Positions 37,619-46,866 of a DNA stretch of 64,000 nt are shown piece after piece. The translations under genes were made by a program, and so were the position numbers. Source of the stretch: Candidatus Peribacteria bacterium RIFCSPHIGHO2_01_FULL_51_35 (GTDB lineage: Bacteria > Patescibacteriota > Gracilibacteria > Peribacterales > Peribacteraceae); the NCBI GenBank assembly GCA_001787535.1, contig MFXP01000015.1:22549-86548 (forward strand), given 5' to 3'. Within the stretch, counting starts at the first letter, position 1. The number at the start of each line of letters is the position of its first letter. A model generated the notes under the pieces. That model made no database searches. It saw only the letters and a program-made list of their open reading frames with translations, and was not told where the DNA came from.

Positions 37619-38788
37619 TCATTCTTCCTGCATCCGCAAGGGCATGATCAGATGCAAGCAGTGCGGCGTTTGCGGTGCCACGAAGACGGCGGGGTGCACG
37701 CTGTCCACAATGCGCATCTCCACATTGCTGTCGCCGGTGTGTCCCAGGAAGTCCAAGAGGTAGGATGAGCTGAGCGCGATCTTATTGTCGTCACCTGACT
37801 TTTCCACCACCAAGCTTGCTTCGTCGCGCCCAGCCTGTGTCTGGGGCGTCATGACCCGTGCCTCGCCTTTGGCGATATGGAACGTGAGGTTATTATTCAT
37901 CTCCTTTGCAAAGTAATGCATGCGGCGTGTGGCGACGAGAAGCTCGTGTGTGGAAAAGAGGACTTTCGTCTTCGTATCCTTCGGAATGATCTGTTCGTAA
38001 TCCGGAAATTTGCCATCGATCAAGCGGGAAAGCAGCCGTGTGGATCCTATTTGGAATTCGATCTGCTGCTTGCTCATGGTTGCCTCCACTTTGAGTGCAG
38101 ATTCTTTGATGACATCCTTCTCCTTCTTGTCCTCTTTCCCCTCAGACTTCTTCTCCCCCTTGCGCGCACCCAAGATGATCTTCAATTCCTCCAGAATTTT
38201 TGTAGGAATGATGCACGAAAGATCCGAGGCTCCTCCCTGCAGCGGCATCTTGTATTCTGAGAGGCGATAGCTGTCTGTCGCCACCAGGATCAATTTTCCC
38301 TTCTCTGTGCGGAAATACACGCCGGAGAGCACGGGACGCAGTGTGGTCTTTGTGGATGCAAAGGTGACCATGTGCAGCGCATGGAGGAGGGGGTCTGCTT
38401 CCAAGGTGAAGGATGTTTGCTTTTCCACAGTGGAGATAGTGGGATATTCCGATGCCGCCTCGCCGGCAATCAGTGTTTTTGCGTGTTTGGAAGTGCACTT
38501 GAGCTGTGTTCCTTCACTGGTTTCCAAAAGCACCTCCGCATCGTTGTTATATTGAGCAAAGTTTACAATAGCTTTTGCTGGAATAGTGATCGATCCTTCA
38601 TTTTCAATATTCGCCTCAAAACTTGTGATAATACTCAATTCCAAATCCGTCGCACTCACGGTGCAACGCTTTCCTTCCACTTTCATAAGAATGTTTCCCA
38701 AAATCGGCAACGCCTGCTGTGTTCCAATCGCTCTACTTACCAAATGTAATGCCTGTAGAAGATCACCTGTGTTGCAAGAAAATTTCAT
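37619..38788 (-). CDS. dnaN: DNA polymerase III beta subunit (sliding clamp)
   Basis: MKFSCNTGDLLQALHLVSRAI....LPILGNILMKVEG; three-domain length (389 aa). Confidence 0.95.
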   Translation of the reverse strand: MKFSCNTGDLLQALHLVSRAIGTQQALPILGNILMKVEGKRCTVSATDLELSIITSFEANIENEGSITIPAKAIVNFAQYNNDAEVLLETSEGTQLKCTSKHAKTLIAGEAASEYPTISTVEKQTSFTLEADPLLHALHMVTFASTKTTLRPVLSGVYFRTEKGKLILVATDSYRLSEYKMPLQGGASDLSCIIPTKILEELKIILGARKGEKKSEGKEDKKEKDVIKESALKVEATMSKQQIEFQIGSTRLLSRLIDGKFPDYEQIIPKDTKTKVLFSTHELLVATRRMHYFAKEMNNNLTFHIAKGEARVMTPQTQAGRDEASLVVEKSGDDNKIALSSSYLLDFLGHTGDSNVEMRIVDSVHPAVFVAPQTPHCLHLIMPLRMQEE

Positions 38789-39190
38789 GAGATGAGAAGA
38801 AATAAAATTATATGTACCTAATCCGTCATCATAGTAACATCTATACGAGACAGCGGACTTTAGAGTCTACTGCGTGGAAATCTCTTGTAAAGATCCAAGG
38901 TCGGTGGCTCCTCCTCCAGGGAATTGCCATAGATTGAATAAAACTGGTGTGTGGGAGCGATGTGGATAACTCGTGGACAACGTGGCAAGATGCCACCCCA
39001 ACTTATTTTTGGATATTTTGGCTTATATCTAAGGAAAATAGGGGATAAGAGCATCGTATTTTCAAGGAATTCACCGGGGGCGTTTCCTCTTATCCACAGG
39101 GTGTGTGGATAACTTTTTTATGCAAAGAGCACATTTTATAAGAGTTTTGAACGGTATTTTTCTCTGTTCTTCGCATCGTGTGGATAACTC
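38789..39190. promoter_or_regulatory. DnaA-box cluster upstream of dnaN; candidate oriC (or a DnaA-regulated dnaN promoter)
   Basis: Perfect TTATCCACA/TGTGGATAA boxes at 38961-38969, 39089-39097, 39103-39111 and 39178-39186. Degenerate boxes in tandem (TGTGGGAGC, CGTGGACAA, CGTGGCAAG at 38950-38989). A+T-rich stretches at about 38795-38835 and 39001-39045. Confidence 0.6.
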
Positions 39191-40443
39191 CGGTTTTCTT
39201 TGATCTGTATCTCTCCTGCCTTCATTGTCACAAAACTTCCATCGGGCAGATCGCCGGATACTGTTGCTCCTCCCGCGACAAACGTGCCTGCGCCAATCTT
39301 TATGCCGGGGTTCATGACCACTTGAATGCCGAGTCGCACATTATCCCCGATGATCGCGCCGAGCTTGGTCGTTCCTGTGGGGATTTTCTTCCCATCAATG
39401 ATCGAGAGGACTTCTCCTTCATCTAAACGGAAGTTTCCCGTCATGGATCCTCCGCCGAATGCAACGTTATCGCCGATGACACTGTCGCCCACGTAGCTCA
39501 TGTGCGTCCAGACATGCGAGCTAACGACGCTGCTCTTCACCTCCGTGTTGTAGCCGATGACACAGTCCTCGCCGACACTACTCCCGCGTACGAGCGCATT
39601 GTTGCCAATGATTGTCCGTTTGCCGATAAAAACAGGTCCCACAATCGTGGCGTGAGGAAGGACATGCACGCCGTCTTCGATCACCACAACTCCTTCAATG
39701 ACGGCGGTTTTGTGAATCGATGCCTTCTTGCTGATAACTTGCTTTGGTGCATAGGCAGCCAGGAAATGAGGCAGCAGCGTGAGCAGATGCCACGGATATT
39801 TCACAGGTTGCCAGAAGCCTGCGTACGGAACGGTGCGATATTCGTCGTCTTTCATCAGTGTGGTGAGCGCCTGCTCATAGCCATCGTCATTCGCCTTCCT
39901 GATTCCTTTGAGGGCACTCAGTAATCGCTTTGTGGAGGGATGGATGTGCGCGACAATATTCACCAAATCACTCGGCTCCTTTCCTTCGCCCGGCTTTTCG
40001 ATGATCGCAAGCGCTCGACCTCCCTTTGTCTTGATGTAGCCGCCCGGGAAGTAGCGCTTCACTTTCTTTGCGAGGATCGCACCACGATTCCCTTTGCTCG
40101 CTGCAAGCAGTGATCGATACGCGGCAGCATCAACGACATCGTTTCCGCTCACAATAAGTACGGGTTCATCCTTCAATTTCGGAAGTGCGGAGAGCAATGC
40201 GCCCTGCATACCGAGATCGAGATCCTTCTGCTTCACTGTGGACAGTTTTGGATGCATCTTTTTGATCTCACGAAGGTTATGCTCGCCACCGACGAGAAGA
40301 ATGTCTTTGAACCCCGCCTCTTTGAGCGTTGCCACCTGATGTTCCAGGAGCGTCTTCCCGGCAATCGGAAAGAGCGACTTTTCTCGGAGCGGCCAGAAGC
40401 GCCGGGATCTGCCTGCCAGCAATAGAATGACCTTCATAGGCAT
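39136..40443 (-). CDS. bifunctional sugar-1-phosphate nucleotidyltransferase / hexapeptide acetyltransferase (GlmU-like)
   Basis: N-terminal LLAGRSRRFWPL (NTP-transferase G-loop variant) and a C-terminal left-handed beta-helix with hexapeptide repeats (IGDNV..G....V..G..IG). Confidence 0.7.
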   Translation of the reverse strand: MPMKVILLLAGRSRRFWPLREKSLFPIAGKTLLEHQVATLKEAGFKDILLVGGEHNLREIKKMHPKLSTVKQKDLDLGMQGALLSALPKLKDEPVLIVSGNDVVDAAAYRSLLAASKGNRGAILAKKVKRYFPGGYIKTKGGRALAIIEKPGEGKEPSDLVNIVAHIHPSTKRLLSALKGIRKANDDGYEQALTTLMKDDEYRTVPYAGFWQPVKYPWHLLTLLPHFLAAYAPKQVISKKASIHKTAVIEGVVVIEDGVHVLPHATIVGPVFIGKRTIIGNNALVRGSSVGEDCVIGYNTEVKSSVVSSHVWTHMSYVGDSVIGDNVAFGGGSMTGNFRLDEGEVLSIIDGKKIPTGTTKLGAIIGDNVRLGIQVVMNPGIKIGAGTFVAGGATVSGDLPDGSFVTMKAGEIQIKENRSYPHDAKNREKYRSKLL

Positions 40444-40471
40444 AGTATAACAGCTTTGTCATTGTAATAGC

Positions 40472-40526
40472 TCGAGGAGCGGCCATACCTGGCCGCGTAT
40501 CGCAGGCAAGTATGCCTGCTCCCTCG
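40472..40526. repeat. compound GC-rich structure: two adjacent hairpins closed by an outer stem
   Basis: CGAGGAGC [GCGGCCA-tacc-TGGCCGC] gtatc [GCAGGCA-agt-ATGCCTGC] TCCCTCG. Confidence 0.7.
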
Positions 40527-40541
40527 ATCTTAGATTTCACA

Positions 40542-41375
40542 TCAGAAAACGATTTCCACTGATCCATCCAAATCCGTCCTTTGTACAGGAATGCCAAAAT
40601 GCCGGAAGCGGTCGAGTACGTCCGGATGGGGGTGTCCGTAGCTGTTGCCGGCACCCAAGGACATCACAGCGAGTTTGGGATCAACCGCAAGCAGGAATCC
40701 CGTCGTTGACGAAGTTCTGCTTCCGTGATGCGCGACTTTCAGCACAGTCGATCGAACATCCGCACCCGAAGCAAGGATTCTGCTCTCGGCAGGTTCTTCG
40801 ATGTCGCCTGTCAGGAGAATGGATCCTGTCCCAAACATCGCGCGCAGAACGATCGAGACATCATTTAACTCTTTTGGTTCTGATCCAAATGTCGTCTCCG
40901 GTGGCCAGATGATGTCCAGGATCAGTCCATCATCGAACACGATGTCCTTCGAAGGGTCTGCGAGGATGACAGGAATTCCTGCGTGATCTATTTCCTCGAG
41001 CATCGCTTCATAAAGGCCGAGCTTAAATTGCACGCCCGAGAGCAGCACCTGTTTCACGGTGTAGCGTTTGAGGAGTTCGGGAAAGACCGTCATATGGTCG
41101 GTGTTTGGATGTGTGAGTACGACAAGTTCGATGGTGCGATCGAAGAACGGCATGCGCTTTCCAATTTCCTCCAGCGGCGACAGATCCACGCCGCCATCCA
41201 CTAGGATCTGCGCACCGGATGGTGACACCAAGAGGATGGAATCCCCCTGTCCAATAGAGAGGACATGTGCGTGTAGATGCCCATCCGGCTGCAGGGCGAT
41301 CTCGCGTATCAGCAAGCCCGCCGCTCCCATCAAAAGGAACGTGATTGCGGCCGCATGTAAAAAAGGAATACGCAT
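40542..41375 (-). CDS. membrane-anchored MBL-fold hydrolase, ComEC/Rec2 C-terminal-domain-like
   Basis: N-terminal TM segment, then SIGQGDSILLVSP.G..ILVDGG, VLTHPNTDH and VAHHGS motifs. Confidence 0.8.
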   Translation of the reverse strand: MRIPFLHAAAITFLLMGAAGLLIREIALQPDGHLHAHVLSIGQGDSILLVSPSGAQILVDGGVDLSPLEEIGKRMPFFDRTIELVVLTHPNTDHMTVFPELLKRYTVKQVLLSGVQFKLGLYEAMLEEIDHAGIPVILADPSKDIVFDDGLILDIIWPPETTFGSEPKELNDVSIVLRAMFGTGSILLTGDIEEPAESRILASGADVRSTVLKVAHHGSRTSSTTGFLLAVDPKLAVMSLGAGNSYGHPHPDVLDRFRHFGIPVQRTDLDGSVEIVF

Positions 41376-41399
41376 AAAGTTTGAGATTATACACCTTAC

Positions 41400-41816
41400 T
41401 CAAGCACTCCCGCGCCTGCTTTGGCCAGCAGCAAACGCCTGAACTACATATCCCCCTTGCTGCTCCGTTCTCACATTCGTTATCGGATGCTCATCCACAA
41501 ATTGATTGATTCTCGCCTCGCTTTCCTTGATGGCAGTTGCATGTCCCATCATGAAATTGCGAAGCATTTCTCTCCTGGTCTCGTCTTTCATCGCATCAAG
41601 TTTCCTGTAAAAAATCATCTCTTCCATACAATCCGGATCTTTCTCCCAAGATTTCTTTAAAGAGGGCGGGAGCAATCGCAAAATCGATCGATGGGCTTCT
41701 CCATAATACGAGCGGTAGAGTCCGTAAAATTGCCCGGGGAAAACTTCTTTCATCCATGCTGTGTCCGGTGATGTGGAGTAGTCCTTTATTTCCGAACCCA
41801 TACATTCACTATACAT
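41400..41816 (-). CDS. hypothetical protein
   Basis: 138-aa ORF. No motif recognised. Confidence 0.4.
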   Translation of the reverse strand: MYSECMGSEIKDYSTSPDTAWMKEVFPGQFYGLYRSYYGEAHRSILRLLPPSLKKSWEKDPDCMEEMIFYRKLDAMKDETRREMLRNFMMGHATAIKESEARINQFVDEHPITNVRTEQQGGYVVQAFAAGQSRRGSA

Positions 41817-41836
41817 TATTTCTTTCTCCGTAAAAT

Positions 41837-43051
41837 TTAGCGCAGTCTGCGTCTCATCTTCCGAATTCCCATCGTCGCACCCGTCAGGAGCAACGCAGTG
41901 GCGACGCCCATGCCGGAACCAGGCAGCCCATTGTTTGGTTGCGTGAGAGCGGGAAGTTCGATGGCAGTGACCACCCCGCGAGACGTGTGTCCGGTCGGGG
42001 AAACCGCTCGCACGTGGAATGTGAACGATCCCGGGGCAACGCCCTTGAATTCCACGGCCGTCGCGTCGCCGGCAACGGCTTGAATGGCACTGTACGTTTT
42101 TCCTCCATCAACACTGTGGCGCAGTTCAAAGGAGTGCACGGTTTCGGGTTGTCCACTGCGTCGCCACGTCGCTTGAACGGTGTAGCGGTTGTGCACGATG
42201 GTTGCGCGGAGGTTCAATGCTTCCACATCGTTCGGAATCACCGGCGTGACCACGGGTTTTCCGAAGGTGGTAAACCCCGTGAAGAGCGCTTTTGTTCCAT
42301 TGGGATCAATATTCAGAAACACTCCCTCTGTTTGCTTACCACGAACAGCGGACGTTACTTCCACGCCATACACCTTGCCCGACATCTGCGGCAGCGTGTC
42401 GATGCGAATGAGCGAGCCTTGAATTTGCAGACGCACCAGAGGGAGTTCCGCACCCGAGGCATCCGTTATGCGGATGGCTGTGGCAGCGTTCTCCGGAGCA
42501 AGGTCAACGAGCAGTGAGAATTCAAGAACGACGCCCGTGGAAGAAATGGCTTGCGCCGCGAGCAGCGTGAAGCTGACATCCGCATCTTGCATACCCGGTT
42601 CAGCGGGAGTCTCTGTCGGTGACTCTGTAATTGGTTCCGCTTCCGACTGCGGTGTCTCTTCCTCGATGACCGGTGTTTGCGATCCGGCGGGAATCTCCAC
42701 TTCCACTTCTTCCAAGAAGAATTCACTTTCCTCGCCTGCCGAATTCACCGCGAGCACACTAAGGAACAGTGAAGGAGCAGCAGGAAAATCTCTAAGAATA
42801 TGTTCCATAACACGTCCGTCGGTCGTTTCAAAATCTTCGTAGGCCCCGCCGTTTTCCAAGATGGATTGCGTGCTGTAATACACGCGGTAGACGAAAATAT
42901 CTTCGTCTTCCTGCGGCGCATTCCAGCGAATGTGGATCTCCCGGCCTTGCACTTCCGCAAACAACCCCGCCACACCGGCAGGCGCAGCAGCGCTCGCCGA
43001 GAACGGCCAACTAAGGGCCGCGAGAACGATGAGAATACGGGCGAATGTCAT
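41837..43051 (-). CDS. secreted fibronectin-III-like repeat protein with an LPxTG-like sorting signal
   Basis: Start at ATG 43051 (MTFARILIVLAALSWPFSASAA). FN3-like segments (IHIRWNAP...VYRVYYS). The C-terminus is LPGSG + hydrophobic stretch + RKMRRRLR. Confidence 0.6.
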   Translation of the reverse strand: MTFARILIVLAALSWPFSASAAAPAGVAGLFAEVQGREIHIRWNAPQEDEDIFVYRVYYSTQSILENGGAYEDFETTDGRVMEHILRDFPAAPSLFLSVLAVNSAGEESEFFLEEVEVEIPAGSQTPVIEEETPQSEAEPITESPTETPAEPGMQDADVSFTLLAAQAISSTGVVLEFSLLVDLAPENAATAIRITDASGAELPLVRLQIQGSLIRIDTLPQMSGKVYGVEVTSAVRGKQTEGVFLNIDPNGTKALFTGFTTFGKPVVTPVIPNDVEALNLRATIVHNRYTVQATWRRSGQPETVHSFELRHSVDGGKTYSAIQAVAGDATAVEFKGVAPGSFTFHVRAVSPTGHTSRGVVTAIELPALTQPNNGLPGSGMGVATALLLTGATMGIRKMRRRLR

Positions 43052-43138
43052 GGGTATTGGTTTCTGATTAGTATAGCAAAATTTACGTACTTTGGCAATT
43101 GCCTCCAAAGAGCAGACCTTCGCGGCTGCGATCCGTTC

Positions 43139-43176
43139 GCGCCCCTGCCTACCGGCAGGCAGGCACGAAGGGGCGC
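43139..43176 (-). terminator. GC-rich nested hairpin 3' of the flippase gene
   Basis: GCGCCCCT...GCCT-accggc-AGGC...AGGGGCGC. Confidence 0.55.
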
Positions 43177-43188
43177 TCTCTGTGGGTG

Positions 43189-44646
43189 CTATTTTCTCAA
43201 TCCCAGTGCCTGTGGCAACCCTGTCACGATTCCGAGAATACCCATCATGCCGGTGGCAACACAGAGGAGCAGGATCGTTTTCAGTGAATCCGATGCGAAG
43301 GGTTGCAATGCGAGGAGCATTACCGCGAGCAGCCCCGCGAAGAGGAGGACGCGTGCAAGCGCGGAGAAGGGAACGTCGAAGGGCAATGTTTTTCCACTGA
43401 AGAAGAGCAGCGTCGGTGCAAGCACTGCATTCACTGCGATCGATGTGATCGATGCGCCAACGAATCCGTAGAGCGGAATCAGAAGTGCATTGAGAACAAT
43501 GGAAAGGACAGCTGCTCCCGCAAGCACCAAGACGAGCGGCTGCCACGCGTGACGTGTGAGCAGCGCGTAGAAGCTAAAGAGGATGATGCCATTCAAAAAC
43601 ATCGGCAGGGCAAGGAGCTGCAGCGCCGTGTCCGAACCCGGGCGCTCCGATGTGCTCAAATAGTCGGTCGTTGTCAGAAGCTCGATGAGCGGACGTGACC
43701 AGAGGAACGAGAACGCTGCGGCAATGATGCCAAGGAGAAGAATCAACAAAAATGTTTTTCCGAGCACAGTGCGTGTGTCCTCTCCTTTCGCATCGCGCTC
43801 ACTCACAATGGGGAGGACGGAATTGAGAAGGAATGTCGGGAGAAGAAACGCCATGTCCATCATGCGGATGACGGGACCGTAGTATGCGTTCTGCACTTCA
43901 AAATCTGGCCGCAGGAATGCGATCATCGTCACATCAAACTGACGGTAGAACGCCATAAAAAGGAATGCGAGTCCGTACGGCGCCGCCGTGCGCGTAATCT
44001 TTTTGAGGAGCACGGGATCCCACGTTGGGCGAATCTTCATGAAGCGGCTTCCGGCGATCAGTGAAATCAAAAAGAGGAGAGCCGCCCCCGCACCGCCGAT
44101 TCCCAGGAATTGATGGTAGACGGTGAGATCGGTAGTTTCGCGCACGCCAAGCAAGATAATCCATCCAATGAGTCCAGCGGTGAGGATCCGCTGTGCAACT
44201 TCGGCGACGAAGACGTAATGCATTTTGTAATTCACCTGGAAGATTGTGCGGAGAATTCCCGCGAGCAGTGTGAAGAAGGGGACAAAGGCAGCGATGCTCA
44301 CGCCCAAGGGGAGAGGAGTGCCTTTCCACATTGGCATCAGCCAGACAATGAGTAGTGCGGACACCAGCGACAACATCAAGATGATGCTTCGGAGAACGAT
44401 CAACACGCCGAGCACCTTCGCGCGGTCGTGTGCACGACTCACTTCTCGCACGGCGATGGCATACAACCCGAAATCCGCGAGGATGCCGAAGAGTTGCAAG
44501 TAGCCGTATGCGGAGTTGTAGTTCCCGAAGAGTTCTTTGCTTAAGCCCATCGCCACAAACTTCACCGTGAGGATACTCAGTGCCGCCATCACGCACTGGC
44601 TGGCAATCTGCCAGAGCGTGGATGTTGCGATCTGCTTAGTCGACAT
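43189..44646 (-). CDS. MOP-superfamily flippase (Wzx/MurJ-like polysaccharide biosynthesis protein)
   Basis: 485 aa with ~12-14 TM segments. The N-terminus ..TLWQIASQ......L...V.......LSKELFG.Y is typical of this family. Confidence 0.75.
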   Translation of the reverse strand: MSTKQIATSTLWQIASQCVMAALSILTVKFVAMGLSKELFGNYNSAYGYLQLFGILADFGLYAIAVREVSRAHDRAKVLGVLIVLRSIILMLSLVSALLIVWLMPMWKGTPLPLGVSIAAFVPFFTLLAGILRTIFQVNYKMHYVFVAEVAQRILTAGLIGWIILLGVRETTDLTVYHQFLGIGGAGAALLFLISLIAGSRFMKIRPTWDPVLLKKITRTAAPYGLAFLFMAFYRQFDVTMIAFLRPDFEVQNAYYGPVIRMMDMAFLLPTFLLNSVLPIVSERDAKGEDTRTVLGKTFLLILLLGIIAAAFSFLWSRPLIELLTTTDYLSTSERPGSDTALQLLALPMFLNGIILFSFYALLTRHAWQPLVLVLAGAAVLSIVLNALLIPLYGFVGASITSIAVNAVLAPTLLFFSGKTLPFDVPFSALARVLLFAGLLAVMLLALQPFASDSLKTILLLCVATGMMGILGIVTGLPQALGLRK

Positions 44647-44665
44647 GGGAAAAGTGTAGAGGAAG

Positions 44666-45424
44666 TCACTTCTTCATGCCGAGGAAGATGTCGTCAACGA
44701 CATCCGTACCGCCATTCTCCCGATAAATCTTTAAATAGAATGCTTCTCCATACACCTCTTCCACTTCAATTTTTTTAATATCGGAAGTAAGTTGGATTGT
44801 TCCCATTCGCATGTTTTCCTCCGTGCGATAATCCAAAATTTTTCCCAAGTGGTTCCTGCGTATTTCCAAATGAATGCCGTTCACTCGGCAACGGGCAACC
44901 ATAGCCTTGTCCAGTGTAATTTCTTCCTTTTGCACCCGCTTCTGCGCAGGGAGTTCAGGCTTTTTCCCCGATTTCTCTATGTTCCGCATCAGGGGGATGG
45001 CAAGAATAAGGATCACGCCGCCCAATGCTCCCAGCATTATATTACGGAGCCTTTTTCGTACCCTTTCTACAACCTGCTGCTTTAATTTTTTCTTCTCATA
45101 GATCTGTGCCTCCATGATGCAGATCTTTTCCAAAAGAAGGCGATTCCCTTCTTCAGTAGCAAAACTTTCCTCTGGTATAGCAACACAACCATCTACATTA
45201 TTTTCATCATGCTTCCACAGTAAACAATTTTTCTCTTTGGGCGCGCGTGCAATGAGAGACCAACCGGGAAGGAAAGGGATCTGTCTTTCTTGGACAGGAA
45301 TAAAAGTTCCGCCAATGTTACGTTGCATCTGTTCGATAGCCATCTGGCGGGCAGCATCTCTCTCTGGAGAGGATGCAATTTTTTCTTCGGCAAGCTCGTT
45401 GATGTTGAATGTAGGCACGTCCAT
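44666..45424 (-). CDS. hypothetical single-pass membrane protein
   Basis: 252 aa with a central TM segment (IMLGALGGVILILAIPL). Confidence 0.45.
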   Translation of the reverse strand: MDVPTFNINELAEEKIASSPERDAARQMAIEQMQRNIGGTFIPVQERQIPFLPGWSLIARAPKEKNCLLWKHDENNVDGCVAIPEESFATEEGNRLLLEKICIMEAQIYEKKKLKQQVVERVRKRLRNIMLGALGGVILILAIPLMRNIEKSGKKPELPAQKRVQKEEITLDKAMVARCRVNGIHLEIRRNHLGKILDYRTEENMRMGTIQLTSDIKKIEVEEVYGEAFYLKIYRENGGTDVVDDIFLGMKK

Positions 45425-45433
45425 AGAAGAGTG

Positions 45434-45880
45434 TCATTCTGCTCTCGATCGAGCATCTAAAATGCAGACAATTTCGCCTCCGCCGTTTCTCCTCAATATC
45501 ACACGCCGCACGTTTGGGCCAGGGTTTAACAGCTCCCCATTCGGCAATCCCAATCCCATTTCCGTAAAACGATATCCTGCTTTCTCGCACTCCTCCTTCG
45601 TTAGTGTCCCTACATCAATCTCGTAGGGATATTGCTTGTCGGGCTTTTCCGGAGCAACCTGCTTTATTTTTGCTTGCTCGTTTATAACGATGCCGCCAAT
45701 GAGGACGGTGAGAGCAGTTCCGGTCAATGCCGTACCCAATACGAAGTAGATCCAGAAGCGCGTCCTTTTGCTTCGTGCAATGATTACTTTCGGAGGTTCG
45801 GTGCTCTCACAAGCATGCACAAGATCCTCCACATAAGCATCCAAGAGGTCGTCATCGGGCTCGATTTCGTGGTCATCCAT
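45434..45880 (-). CDS. hypothetical single-pass membrane protein
   Basis: 148 aa with an acidic N-terminus and one TM segment (FWIYFVLGTALTGTALTVLIGGIVI). Confidence 0.45.
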   Translation of the reverse strand: MDDHEIEPDDDLLDAYVEDLVHACESTEPPKVIIARSKRTRFWIYFVLGTALTGTALTVLIGGIVINEQAKIKQVAPEKPDKQYPYEIDVGTLTKEECEKAGYRFTEMGLGLPNGELLNPGPNVRRVILRRNGGGEIVCILDARSRAE

Positions 45881-45948
45881 CGAGATTATTAAACTCGATA
45901 ATTTTCATTTGTCAAACAAACCATAAAGCCCTATACTTCGCTCTCGGA

Positions 45949-46866
45949 ATGCCACTCTCCTTCAAGCACCTCACGTCCACCAAACAACTCCTGCGGAGGG
46001 ACACAGACGCCATTTTGCAAACAGCTGCGGAGATGGAGAAGGTGCTGCTCAAAGGAGGAAATGATCTGCTCGCAGGAAAAATCCTCGCGAGCCTATTTTA
46101 CGAACCCAGTACGCGCACGCGCCTGAGCTTCGAAACCGCCATGCGCCGGCTCGGCGGAGAAGTGATCAGTGCGGAAGGAATCCAATTCAGTTCCCTCTAT
46201 AAAGGGGAGACGGTGGAGGACACCATGAAGGTCGTCGGAAGTTACGCAGATATCATCACCATGCGTCACCCCGAACAGGGGAGCGCAGACAGGGCGGCCT
46301 CGGTCTGCCCCGTGCCATTCATCAATGCAGGCGACGGTCCTGGCCAGCATCCCACGCAAGCATTGCTGGATCTCTTCACCATCCACAAAGAGCGCGGCAC
46401 CATCGACGGGCTCAAGATCGCAATGGCCGGAGATTTGCGCTACGGACGCACTGTGCACTCGCTCACGTTCCTCCTTGGCCTCTACAAAAATTTGCGTTTC
46501 ACATTCATCTCACCAAAAGAACTCACTATGCCGGACAAGGTGACAACGTTCTTAAAAGAGCACGACATTCCGTATGAAGAAACGCATGCACTCTCCGCAG
46601 GACTGGTGTCCGATGTCCTCTATATGACGCGCGTACAGGAGGAACGCTTTGCGGATCACAGTGAGTATGAGCGCCTGAAAGACATGTATCGCTTGGATGC
46701 CAAGATGCTCAAAGGAAAAGAAGTCACCGTCATGCATCCGCTTCCGCGCGTCGGGGAAATTGCCACCGATGTCGATGCACTCAAAACCGCTGCGTACTTC
46801 CGCCAAGCCAAGAACGGCGTGCCGGTGCGCATGGCGCTTCTTGCGATGCTTCTTCAGGCGATCTGA
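45949..46866 (+). CDS. pyrB: aspartate carbamoyltransferase catalytic subunit
   Basis: FYEPSTRTRLSFE, HPTQALLD and HPLPR motifs; 305 aa. Confidence 0.95.
   Translation: MPLSFKHLTSTKQLLRRDTDAILQTAAEMEKVLLKGGNDLLAGKILASLFYEPSTRTRLSFETAMRRLGGEVISAEGIQFSSLYKGETVEDTMKVVGSYADIITMRHPEQGSADRAASVCPVPFINAGDGPGQHPTQALLDLFTIHKERGTIDGLKIAMAGDLRYGRTVHSLTFLLGLYKNLRFTFISPKELTMPDKVTTFLKEHDIPYEETHALSAGLVSDVLYMTRVQEERFADHSEYERLKDMYRLDAKMLKGKEVTVMHPLPRVGEIATDVDALKTAAYFRQAKNGVPVRMALLAMLLQAI

Noticed and set aside
38860-39054. 64-aa ORF inside the dnaN upstream region
   Set aside because: It overlaps the DnaA-box cluster and A+T-rich stretches and has no coding-like features. The region is better explained as non-coding origin or promoter DNA.
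43052-43546. N-terminal extension of ORF 41837-43546
   Set aside because: It would overlap the flippase gene and its terminator hairpin. The signal peptide begins at the internal Met (43051).
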